A stretch of 32,000 nt of DNA from positions 1,350,001 to 1,382,000 of the forward strand of contig NZ_LN885086.1 in NCBI RefSeq assembly GCF_001458695.1, in the 5' to 3' direction. The notes under the pieces are model-generated. The model searched no databases, was not told where the DNA came from, and saw nothing but the letters and a program-made list of their open reading frames with translations. The first letter of the stretch is position 1. Each line of letters begins with the position of its first letter. This DNA is from Candidatus Nitrospira inopinata (GTDB lineage: Bacteria > Nitrospirota > Nitrospiria > Nitrospirales > Nitrospiraceae). Shown here one piece after another: positions 8,373 to 16,767 of this stretch. Position numbers and translations under genes: made by a program.

Positions 8373-9290
8373 ATGAAGGTACTCGTCACAGGAGGCGCAG
8401 GATTTATAGGATCGCACGTCGTGGATCGGTTGGTCGAGGAGGGGCACGAAGTCGTCGTCGTCGACGATTTGTCGACGGGGAAAAGAAAACACGTCAACCG
8501 CGCGGCCGTCCTGTATAAACTCGACGTCCAAAGCGGACGGTTGGAGAAGGTGTTTCGCAACGAACGCCCCAGTATCGTGATCCATTTGGCCGCTCAAGTC
8601 AGCGCTCGCCAATCGGTCGAAAATCCGATCCTCGACGCGCAAGTCAACGTGTTGGGAACGATGAACGTCCTGCATCAGGCCGCTCGGCACGGAGCAAGGA
8701 AAGTCATCTTTGCCTCGTCCGGCGTGGCGATTTATGGAGAACAGGAAGTGCATCCCGCGCCGGAATCTCACCCGACCAGACCGCTCTCGGCCTACGGCAT
8801 CAGCAAACTTTGCGGGGAACATTATCTGTCTTACTTTCAGCGCGTCAGCGGCCTTCAAGTGGTGAGCTTGCGATACGCAAGCGTCTACGGGCCGCGACAA
8901 GATCCCGAAGGCGAGGCGGGCGTCGTGGCGGTCTTTATTAGGAAGATGCTGAACAACGAGCAACCGATCATCAACGGCAACGGTCGGCAAACGAGAGACT
9001 TCGTCTTCGTTGACGACGTGGTGCAGGCCAACTTGGCCGTCATGTCGCAGGAGGCGCAGGGCGTGTACAACGTCGGAACCGGGGTCGAGACTTCCGTCAA
9101 TGAATTGTTTCGAATGCTGGCCGGCCTGACCGGATCTCCTTGCAAGGAGGTTCACGGGCCGGCCAAGGTCGGAGAGCAAATACGGAGCGTCATTGATTCG
9201 TCGAGGCTCAAGCAGGAAGTGGGATGGGAGCCCGAGACGAGTCTTGCCGAAGGCCTCGAGAAAACCGTCGCCTATTTTCGCGGGCAGTAG
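8373..9290 (+). CDS. NAD-dependent sugar epimerase/dehydratase (GalE-like extended SDR)
   Basis: The ATG at 8373 is preceded by GGAGG. The Rossmann motif is MKVLVTGGAGFIGSHVV. The catalytic YxxxK is SAYGISKLCGE. SLRYASVYGPRQ is also present. Substrate specificity cannot be read from the sequence. Confidence 0.85.
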   Translation: MKVLVTGGAGFIGSHVVDRLVEEGHEVVVVDDLSTGKRKHVNRAAVLYKLDVQSGRLEKVFRNERPSIVIHLAAQVSARQSVENPILDAQVNVLGTMNVLHQAARHGARKVIFASSGVAIYGEQEVHPAPESHPTRPLSAYGISKLCGEHYLSYFQRVSGLQVVSLRYASVYGPRQDPEGEAGVVAVFIRKMLNNEQPIINGNGRQTRDFVFVDDVVQANLAVMSQEAQGVYNVGTGVETSVNELFRMLAGLTGSPCKEVHGPAKVGEQIRSVIDSSRLKQEVGWEPETSLAEGLEKTVAYFRGQ

Positions 9291-9345
9291 GGTGCCGAAT
9301 GATGGTGGCGGGGCGTCGTTCGCCACGCCGGGACGAGCGAGCGCA

Positions 9346-9666
9346 TCAATATCGCGGAACGCCGTGATCGATTTGCAGGGACCAGGCATCGATCCCGCCG
9401 ATCAAATTCTTCACGTTCGAAAAGCCCTGTTGAAGCAAAAACGCCGTCGCGTCCCCGCTCCGCATCCCGTGATGGCAATAGGCGATGATCTCGGCGTTTT
9501 TATCCAGTTTCTCGAGCGAGTGCGGCAGAGTTCCCAGCGGAATCAACACCGAATTGTCGAGTTTTGCGATCGCGTGTTCCCAGGGCTCGCGAACGTCCAA
9601 CAAAACCAGCTTATCCCCTCTGTCGAGCCGTGTCTTCAGTTCCTTAGGCGTGATGATGAAGCTCAT
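9346..9666 (-). CDS. Single-domain rhodanese-like sulfurtransferase
   Basis: 106-aa product with LLDVREPWEH and the active-site loop IIAYCHHGMRSGDATAFL, ending in GGIDAWS. Confidence 0.85.
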   Translation of the reverse strand: MSFIITPKELKTRLDRGDKLVLLDVREPWEHAIAKLDNSVLIPLGTLPHSLEKLDKNAEIIAYCHHGMRSGDATAFLLQQGFSNVKNLIGGIDAWSLQIDHGVPRY

Positions 9667-9784
9667 CGGGCATCCTCCTTGTCAACGTCGGCAAATCATA
9701 TGCGACGGAGAAAAAGGCTGTCAAATTGCGGCGCGCTCATCCGCGACGATTCATCCTCCGGCATCTTAAGGGACGGGGCGGCGA

Positions 9785-10477
9785 TCATGCAGCATCAACG
9801 GTCCACCGTCCCCGGCGGTCCGGCCGTCTGACGGCTTCGGACAGCAAGACGATGAAATCGCGACGCGGGATTTCTTCCGCGCCGAATCGTCTTACGTGAG
9901 GGGAATATTGCTGGCAATCGATGAGGCGGAAATCCCAGGCTTGGAGTCGCTGCACGAGTGTGACCAGCGCCGCTTTTGACGCATCATCGACCGAGGCAAA
10001 CATGGATTCCGCGAAAAACGCGCCGCCGATCGCCACGCCGTAGATCCCGCCGACCAATGTCCCCTCCCGCCAGGCCTCCGCGGAATGGGCGTATCCCAGC
10101 TCGTGCAGCTTCGTATAAGCCTCGATCATCTCCGGCGTAATCCACGTGCCGCCGTCCGGATATTGGGGGCGGGGACCGGCGCAGCCTTCCATTACGGCGC
10201 GGAACTGCGTATCGAAGGTGATGGAAAAGCGACCGCCTCGGAGGGTCCGATCCAAGCGCCGCGGCACGTGAAGCTTGGATGGAAAGAGCACGGCCCGCGG
10301 ATCGGGCGACCACCAGAGAATCGGTTGGCCCTCGTTGTACCAGGGAAAGATGCCGTGCCGATAGGCTTCGAGCAGCCGCTCCGGACGCAAATCGCCCCCG
10401 ACGGCCAGCAGCCCATCCGGCGAGGCCCATTCGACGGGTGGGAAACGAAGATCGGTGCCCTTAAGCCTCACGATCAT
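9785..10477 (-). CDS. aat: Leucyl/phenylalanyl-tRNA--protein transferase
   Basis: GLLAVGGDLRPERLLEAYRHGIFPWYNEGQPILWWSPDPRAVL, LHVPRRL, and GVAIGGAFFAESMF match Aat. The ATG at 10477 gives 230 aa and leaves 35 nt after the upstream gene; the 10612 start overlaps that gene and is rejected. Confidence 0.9.
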   Translation of the reverse strand: MIVRLKGTDLRFPPVEWASPDGLLAVGGDLRPERLLEAYRHGIFPWYNEGQPILWWSPDPRAVLFPSKLHVPRRLDRTLRGGRFSITFDTQFRAVMEGCAGPRPQYPDGGTWITPEMIEAYTKLHELGYAHSAEAWREGTLVGGIYGVAIGGAFFAESMFASVDDASKAALVTLVQRLQAWDFRLIDCQQYSPHVRRFGAEEIPRRDFIVLLSEAVRRPDRRGRWTVDAA

Positions 10478-10512
10478 GGAGCGGCGACATGGAAAGATCG
10501 GACAGGTGCTCT

Positions 10513-12225
10513 CTAGCCGCGCTCTTTCCAATTGGACGCCAAAATGGGCTGGAACATCGGATCGGCGTCCAGCACGGCCTTGAGCAGTTCCGTGTTGAGG
10601 AAGTACCGCCACACGACGTCATCCTGCTCATGCTTGTCGGCGATCTGGTCGAACCAGCGTTTGGCTTCCGTGAGGTGATGGAGCAGTGTGGCCTTCTCTC
10701 CGTAGTTCGGCATGAAGATCATGCAATAGGCCATGGTGTATTCGGCCAAAAACTTATCGATCGGCAGCTCAGCCAGCGCCAAGGCTCTTTCGGCGTCCGC
10801 GTAGGCCTTGACACTGTCCGGATCGTGCAAGATCCGGTTCCAGGCGACCTTGTTGATGCGTGACCAGGCGAGTTGGAGCAGGGCTTCGGCTTTGGGCGTC
10901 TTCCGGTGTTCCGGAATATCTTGAACCAACGATTCAAAAGTCTGAATCATCGGCAACTGGTCATTGTTCCACCGATACGCCATGCCGAGACGGAAGCGAT
11001 TATCCAACTGTTCGGGGTGAGTTTCCGCCAATGTCTCCATAGGGGGCAGCATGCGATACAAAAAATCCGCCGGAGTCGGTTCCGTAAGCCCTCCCATTTC
11101 CATGGTGTTTGCAAGGTCCAGCCGGGCTGATGCCGAGTAGATGTTCCAGTAGAACTCATTGACGGCGCGCGCCAGCGCGGGATCCTTGATCGCCAGATTG
11201 TGCCTGTCGGCTGCCTGGCGCAGCAACGCGGTGTACAGGTGTCTCGATAAAACCGTCAGTGCGTCGGTTTGTCGAGGATCGATCAAGAGAATGCGGTTGA
11301 GCAACGCCACTCGGTCGCGCAGGTCGGGAAAGGCCGCCGCTCTGACCGCCGCGGCGGCCAGCGTGCCCGGTTGGTCTTGCGGAGACCACCAGGTCAATGA
11401 GTTCGGAATGGCGCGGCTTCTTTCCGTGGTAAAGGGAACGGTGTCGGGTCGTGCTTGGGCGGTCTCCGGTTCCGTCGGGACGGGAAGGAGAAACACTGCG
11501 GAATCTTCCGAAAACCCGTGTTTTTTGAGGCGGGAGAACACCACCCACTGGGTGGTGATGGACTTCAACGCTCCTCTCGCCCGCTTCACCGTATTGGTCC
11601 AACGCACGGTTCCAGGGGCATAGGTGACGGGGGACGTCAAAGGATCTTGATAGTGAACCGTCACCTCGACCACCGTGGCGGGCACGCCGACGACGTTTCC
11701 GTCCGGCTTGAGACGAAACGATCCGTCCGGAATATGTCTGCTGTTTGCCACGGTCAAATGGAGCCCGCTTCCCGGAGGAGAAACTCCTATCGAATCCATC
11801 ACAAAGGCGGAAGGGGGAAGGTCCAGCACGTCGTCGCCGAAGAACACGAGCGGACCGGTGCTGGGCCAGAGGACGTCCATACCCATGTCCGTGCGAGTCA
11901 ACGTGTGCGCGTGGGCGTCGGTCATTTCCCGCCAACACCGGTCGTAGAGTGAGCCGATTGTCGCCGAGGAAGGTGGGAGGTTTTTTTTCAGTCCTGTCAG
12001 CAGTCGATACTGGCAGGAAAAGTCCAATTTGCCGAACGTGGCGCGGTCGCCTTGAGAAATCGCGGTCGCATAGGCGAGCACGGTTTCGACGGCGGCCTTG
12101 TCCGCCGGCGCTCTCTTTTTCTGCGAAAGAGCGGCCGCGAGGGAAGAATCAAAGTTGAACGTCGCGAAGAGGGCCCAGCATCCCGACAGCGCCAGGAGAA
12201 AAAACGGTCGCCGGATCAAACTCAT
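10513..12225 (-). CDS. Hypothetical lipoprotein, 570 aa, no recognisable domain
   Basis: The ATG at 12225 is preceded by AAGGA. The signal peptide MSLIRRPFFLLALSGC carries a lipobox-like LSGC. The composition looks protein-like over the full length and the C-terminal half is helical. No motif I can assign. Confidence 0.7.
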   Translation of the reverse strand: MSLIRRPFFLLALSGCWALFATFNFDSSLAAALSQKKRAPADKAAVETVLAYATAISQGDRATFGKLDFSCQYRLLTGLKKNLPPSSATIGSLYDRCWREMTDAHAHTLTRTDMGMDVLWPSTGPLVFFGDDVLDLPPSAFVMDSIGVSPPGSGLHLTVANSRHIPDGSFRLKPDGNVVGVPATVVEVTVHYQDPLTSPVTYAPGTVRWTNTVKRARGALKSITTQWVVFSRLKKHGFSEDSAVFLLPVPTEPETAQARPDTVPFTTERSRAIPNSLTWWSPQDQPGTLAAAAVRAAAFPDLRDRVALLNRILLIDPRQTDALTVLSRHLYTALLRQAADRHNLAIKDPALARAVNEFYWNIYSASARLDLANTMEMGGLTEPTPADFLYRMLPPMETLAETHPEQLDNRFRLGMAYRWNNDQLPMIQTFESLVQDIPEHRKTPKAEALLQLAWSRINKVAWNRILHDPDSVKAYADAERALALAELPIDKFLAEYTMAYCMIFMPNYGEKATLLHHLTEAKRWFDQIADKHEQDDVVWRYFLNTELLKAVLDADPMFQPILASNWKERG

Positions 12226-12426
12226 GGAGATTCCTTCTGTTAAGTTTTGCAGAGAAGCCTTGGCAAGACGATCGAGGAGTAACTTTACCACGAGACCGCC
12301 CTGATCCGGTAGAGAGTCGGAGGCCGACCATTCCTCCGCAGGGACGACCGATGGGTTGAAGGACCCCTGATCGCCGCCCCGTTTTTGTCCTCGACGTTGA
12401 CGGAAGGGAAGAGAGTCCGGGAACGG

Positions 12427-12726
12427 TTATCTGCGGCCGGCGGCCGACAAGATTCTTTCTCGCATCCGCGCTCGATCGTACGCCGTAAGGACCGGAGCGG
12501 GGATTCGTCGGCACAAGGAGACGGTCTGACGAAGAGAAACGACGAAGTCCTCGCAGCGGGGACAAGCTCCGAGGTGACGGCGGATCTCCGAACAAACGTC
12601 GCGCGGCAGTTCATCGTCGATGAAGGCCGACAATGCACGAAGAATACGGAGACATCGCCCAGACTTGTGGCGATGGGGTTCGGTCGGGGAATGAGCCGGA
12701 CGTTTGGAAGAGGAATGTTTGGCCAT
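12427..12726 (-). CDS. Cytoplasmic zinc-binding anti-sigma factor (ZAS, RsrA-like, no TM segment)
   Basis: The 99-aa product starts 16 nt after the ECF sigma stop. It carries an H-x3-C-x2-C motif (RRHLGACPRCEDF, H51/C55/C58) plus C25 located 26 residues before the His. There is no hydrophobic segment. Confidence 0.75.
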   Translation of the reverse strand: MAKHSSSKRPAHSPTEPHRHKSGRCLRILRALSAFIDDELPRDVCSEIRRHLGACPRCEDFVVSLRQTVSLCRRIPAPVLTAYDRARMRERILSAAGRR

Positions 12727-12742
12727 GGCGTGCGCTGTTTCT

Positions 12743-13372
12743 CTATGAAATCGAGTCTCGCTCGTGAGAGTCCTGGCCGTCGGCAAGACCCTGCGTGCTG
12801 AGTTCGCGGCGGACAAACAAACGCGCGCGGTGGAGCCGCGATTTGACGGCGCGTTCGTTCAATCCCATAACCGTTCCCACTTCCTTGGCGCTCAAGCCTT
12901 CCATGTCGCGCAGCACGAGCACCATTTTATATTTTGGGGGCAATCTGTCAATCGCGTCGTTGAGCGCCTGCCGAAGTTGCTTGTTCTGGAGCGCCTCTTC
13001 GGGACTGAGATCGTCCACGGGGATCTGGAGATGAAGTTCGCCGTCGCTGGTGGGCACAAACTCTTCCAGCGACAATTCACGTTGAGGGGCTCCTTTCCGG
13101 CGTCGCCGCATGCGCAGGCACGCGCGGGAGGCGATGGTATAAAGCCAGGTGGAAACTTGCGCCTCGCCGCGGAACCGTGTGAATCCCCGATAGGCGTTCA
13201 AAAACGTTTCCTGGACCAAGTCTTTGGCCGCTTCGGTTTCTCCGCAGAGCCGGCTCGCGTACCGGTACATCAGATCCACGTGGTTCCGATACAGCGCATC
13301 GAAGGCGTCCTGTATCTTGGCTGAGACGGAAGACCGCTCGCGCGGCGTGGGGTGAGAACGCGAGGCCATCAT
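12743..13372 (-). CDS. ECF-type RNA polymerase sigma factor (sigma-70 regions 2 and 4)
   Basis: Region 2: AAKDLVQETFLNAYRGFTRFRGEAQVSTWLYTIASRACLRMRRRR. Region 4: LPPKYKMVLVLRDMEGLSAKEVGTVMGLNERAVKSRLHRARLFVRREL. Confidence 0.9.
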   Translation of the reverse strand: MMASRSHPTPRERSSVSAKIQDAFDALYRNHVDLMYRYASRLCGETEAAKDLVQETFLNAYRGFTRFRGEAQVSTWLYTIASRACLRMRRRRKGAPQRELSLEEFVPTSDGELHLQIPVDDLSPEEALQNKQLRQALNDAIDRLPPKYKMVLVLRDMEGLSAKEVGTVMGLNERAVKSRLHRARLFVRRELSTQGLADGQDSHERDSIS

Positions 13373-13382
13373 GAGCGGGATC

Positions 13383-13412
13383 AGTGTACGAGGGAGAGAG
13401 AAAAAGAGTCAA
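13383..13412 (-). promoter_or_regulatory. Sigma70-like promoter TTGACT-N18-TACACT immediately upstream of the ECF sigma gene
   Basis: On the minus strand, TTGACT lies at 13412-13407 and TACACT at 13388-13383. Only 10 nt (GATCCCGCTC, no SD) separate the -10 from the ATGATG start. Motif match only. Confidence 0.3.
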
Positions 13413-13419
13413 GCCGGGG

Positions 13420-14427
13420 CTAGTGAGGGCGATGAAAGTCGACCACGTCTCCACGCCCGTTCAGTTCGGCGGTAATGGTGTGGCCTTCCTTCAAGCCGGC
13501 CAAAGCGGTTTTCCCATGATGTACGGAATCGAGCGGGTAAATCTGCTCGCCTTCGGGCGTCCACAATTTCACGCTCGTGCGGTCCGGCGCGGCGAATTCG
13601 AGCGGACCGGTCACGAATCGGCGGGTCGTCGAGGGAGCATGCGGCGCCGACACGTCCGCCACCATGTGTCGTGCATGAATGTACAGGGTCATCGTATGTC
13701 CCACCCGAACATCTTTGATGCCGATCTTGGCGTTCACGTTGATGATACCGATGGGTGTTCGCAGGAAAATGAAGTTGGATTTCAGCTTGTCCACCGTGCC
13801 GGTCAGGACGAGGTGCGCGGCGGATCGTCCGGTGGGAAGTTGCCCGATCTGAAGGTCGAACTGCACGTCGTGCACGCCGACGACGGTGTCCGTCTCGTCC
13901 ACTTCCACGGTGACGGGATCGCCTTCCCGGAAACCGGCCAGCGACCGCTCGTAGGCGCCGAAAGCGACGGCCTTCTCCCCTTCCGGGCTCCATCGCAACA
14001 GTTTGGTCGGATCGTCGTCGCTTCGTTTGAACGGTCCGCCGAGATAGCGATGGATCAGCGATCCGTCGCTCCGCTTTCGGATGTCGATGGCGGAGTGAAC
14101 GTCATGGACCCAAAACGTCACCGCTTGGGAGGCCAGCACGTTTTTGAGCGTCGTCTTTGAGCTCAGCGTGAGCAGACCGACCGGCGTTTTCAAAAACACA
14201 ATGCCGGGCTTGGTCCTCCAGACTTGGCCCGTGAGGGTGATCGACGGATTGGCGTCACCGGCGGAAACGTCGGTTGTTTCGGTCGCTTGATCGGATTCCG
14301 GCTCTTCGACCGTCGTCAGTTCCTCTTCGGCGAAATCCGGCGTCTCGGCACGGGCGATACAGGGCGAGAGAAGGATCAGGACGATCCCCAGACCGTAAGG
14401 AAATCGTTTGATGAGCAATGACGGCAT
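13420..14427 (-). CDS. Hypothetical exported protein built from two tandem ~125-130-aa repeats
   Basis: The signal peptide MPSLLIKRFPYGLGIVLILLSPCIARA follows the ATG at 14427; in-frame alternatives exist at 14451 and 14550. There is a clear internal duplication (LTGxV...FLxTPxG...K..V...H..H, GP...LW.PEGE...LAG..EG..T.E...VV..H). No known family recognised. Confidence 0.65.
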   Translation of the reverse strand: MPSLLIKRFPYGLGIVLILLSPCIARAETPDFAEEELTTVEEPESDQATETTDVSAGDANPSITLTGQVWRTKPGIVFLKTPVGLLTLSSKTTLKNVLASQAVTFWVHDVHSAIDIRKRSDGSLIHRYLGGPFKRSDDDPTKLLRWSPEGEKAVAFGAYERSLAGFREGDPVTVEVDETDTVVGVHDVQFDLQIGQLPTGRSAAHLVLTGTVDKLKSNFIFLRTPIGIINVNAKIGIKDVRVGHTMTLYIHARHMVADVSAPHAPSTTRRFVTGPLEFAAPDRTSVKLWTPEGEQIYPLDSVHHGKTALAGLKEGHTITAELNGRGDVVDFHRPH

Positions 14428-14631
14428 CGCGGCATTCAACCATCGAACCATCAGCGCGAAACATTGCGGCGACTCGATCTGGGCAGGCGATCTGCCGGCG
14501 CACATGCGGATCGCGCGTCGATCAATGCAGTGATGGTATGCGAATAGCACGGGTTGCCGGGACAGTCAACCCGAAAACGGGTTTCGTTTGAAACGCGCGG
14601 GCCGCAAGGAACTCGCGAGCGAACAGCGGAG

Positions 14632-15987
14632 TTATTTTTTTCTCACCAGGATGCGCAACGGCGTGCCGGTGAAGTCGTATGTGTCGCGTAATTGGTTCTC
14701 GAGAAACCGGAGATAAGCGGGAGACATGTCTTCCGGATGCCCCACGAACAGGGCGAACGCCGGGGGCTTGGTCGTCACTTGCGTGATGAACGCGGACTTC
14801 GTGATTTTTGTCGGCTTGCCCGTCCGGACCGGCAGAGGGTGCGCCGACAACAGGGTTTGCAGCCACGCGTTCAGGGCGCCGGTGGGGATTCGCTTGGAGA
14901 ACGTGGCGTAGACCTCGTCGATCCGAACGAACAAGGCGGACACGGAATTCGACTCGATGGCCGAGCCGTACAAAACCGGCGCCCACGTCAAAAAGGGCAG
15001 CCGCCTGCGGAGTTGCAGCTCAAAATCTTTTCGGGCGCCGCCGTCGCCTCTGCGAAGATCCCATTTGTTGACCCAGAGAAGACAGCCGCGTCCCTGTTTG
15101 AGAATCGCTCCAGCCAGTTTCGTGTCCTGCTCCGTCACGCCTTCGGCTCCATCCAATACCAGCACCGCCAAGTCGGATCGGCCGATGGCGCGCAGCGAGC
15201 GGAGGACGCTGTAGCCCTCGACGCCGCGGTCGATTTTCCCCCTGCGGCGGATGCCCGCGGTGTCGGTGAAGAGGTACCGACGCCCCTCGTGGGCCACCAG
15301 GGAATCGATCGGGTCGCGCGTGGTTCCGGGAACGTCGCTGACGATCGCGCGCTCTTCTCCCAACAACGCGTTGACAAGGGTGGATTTGCCGACATTGGGC
15401 CGGCCGACGACGGCGATGCGGGGCGTCTGATGACGCTCTTCGGATTCCTTGGTCGGCGGCAAGAGGGGGTAAATGGCGTCCAACAGTTCCGCCACGCCCA
15501 ACCCGTGTTCGGCGGAGATCGGGAACAGTGTGTCCACTCCCGCTTGATAAAAGTCGGCCGTCAACGGTTCCGCCTGCGGCGTGTCGATCTTGTTCACGGC
15601 GACGAACACCGGTTTCGTGGCGCCGCGCAGCAGCCCAACGACTTCTTGATCGAGAGGGGTCAAGCCGGAACGTCCGTCCAACAGCAAAATCAGAATATCG
15701 GATTCGGCGATGGCCAATTCGGATTGTCGGCGAATCAGCGCCGACATCCCGGCCGACGCGGAGGGGTCGAGTCCCCCCGTATCGACGAGACGGAAGGCGC
15801 GATCCCGATAGGTCGCGTCGGCGTAGTTTCGATCGCGGGTGACGCCGGGCACGTCGTCCACGATGGCGGCCTTGGTACCGAGGATCTTGTTGAACAACGT
15901 CGATTTCCCGACGTTCGGCCGGCCGATGATGGCGATGAGCGGAACGCGCGAAGGGTCGGGCGTACGGGGTAAGGGGATGGATGCCAT
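14632..15987 (-). CDS. der: Ribosome-biogenesis GTPase Der (EngA), two tandem GTPase domains plus KH-like C-domain
   Basis: Two P-loops are present (IAIIGRPNVGKSTLFN and IAVVGRPNVGKSTLVN). DTGG and DTAG occur, and NKID and NKWD occur. Length is 451 aa. Confidence 0.95.
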   Translation of the reverse strand: MASIPLPRTPDPSRVPLIAIIGRPNVGKSTLFNKILGTKAAIVDDVPGVTRDRNYADATYRDRAFRLVDTGGLDPSASAGMSALIRRQSELAIAESDILILLLDGRSGLTPLDQEVVGLLRGATKPVFVAVNKIDTPQAEPLTADFYQAGVDTLFPISAEHGLGVAELLDAIYPLLPPTKESEERHQTPRIAVVGRPNVGKSTLVNALLGEERAIVSDVPGTTRDPIDSLVAHEGRRYLFTDTAGIRRRGKIDRGVEGYSVLRSLRAIGRSDLAVLVLDGAEGVTEQDTKLAGAILKQGRGCLLWVNKWDLRRGDGGARKDFELQLRRRLPFLTWAPVLYGSAIESNSVSALFVRIDEVYATFSKRIPTGALNAWLQTLLSAHPLPVRTGKPTKITKSAFITQVTTKPPAFALFVGHPEDMSPAYLRFLENQLRDTYDFTGTPLRILVRKK

Positions 15988-16077
15988 GTTCGTGTTGCAG
16001 CGTATGTGACCGTATCACAGGAAATTTCTGAAACACAATGTCTCGTCTTTGCCGGGCCCGTCCTTTATACTTTCTTT

Positions 16078-16767
16078 GTGATACCTGACGTCTCCCTCCT
16101 GACGCCTCACGGGATCGATTGGAACGTGATCGACGACGTGTTGCTTGATATGGACGGCACGTTGTTGGACCGGCATTTCGACAATTTCTTTTTCGAGGAG
16201 GAACTGCCGCGTCGGTACGCGCGTCTGCAAGAGCTGCCGTTTGAGGAGGCTCGCGATCGCTTGATGACCATGTATCGGTCGGTGGAGGGCGAACTGGCGT
16301 GGACCGATCTCCATTATTGGAGTCGGCGGGTCGGGATCGACGTCGTGGCTCTCCACAAAGAGTTGGATCACATGATCGGATTTTTGCCGGGGGCGGAGGA
16401 ATTTCTCCGCGCGCTGCGTCGGTTGGGCAAGCGGGTGACGATCGTCACCAACGCCCATCGCGCCGGGGTCGACGTGAAAACGGCCAAAACGGGGCTGGAT
16501 CGTTACGTCGATCGGATCGTGGACGCCTTCGAGGTGGGCTATCTGAAAATGCGGCCGGAATACTGGCCGGCTTGTCGGGAGCTGATCGGATTTGATTCGA
16601 AGCGGTCGCTGTACGTCGACGACGATGAGCTCTGCCTCGCCGCCGCGCGGGAGTTCGGCCTCGGTTGGATCATCCACAGCGCCAAATCCAGCTCTCAACT
16701 GCCGCCCGCTCCTTCGGCCGGTTTTCCGTCCGTCGAGCGGCTGTCATCCTTGGTCAGGGCGAGTTGA
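16078..16767 (+). CDS. yrfG: HAD-superfamily hydrolase, YrfG (GMP/IMP nucleotidase)-like
   Basis: VLLDMDGTLLDRHFDNFFFEEELP, ..TNAH.., and LYVDDDE parallel E. coli YrfG (LLDMDGTLLDLAFDNYFW..TNAH..FIDDSE). I prefer the GTG at 16078 because it leaves 90 nt for promoters diverging from der. The track start at 16006 cannot be excluded. Confidence 0.8.
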   Translation: MIPDVSLLTPHGIDWNVIDDVLLDMDGTLLDRHFDNFFFEEELPRRYARLQELPFEEARDRLMTMYRSVEGELAWTDLHYWSRRVGIDVVALHKELDHMIGFLPGAEEFLRALRRLGKRVTIVTNAHRAGVDVKTAKTGLDRYVDRIVDAFEVGYLKMRPEYWPACRELIGFDSKRSLYVDDDELCLAAAREFGLGWIIHSAKSSSQLPPAPSAGFPSVERLSSLVRAS

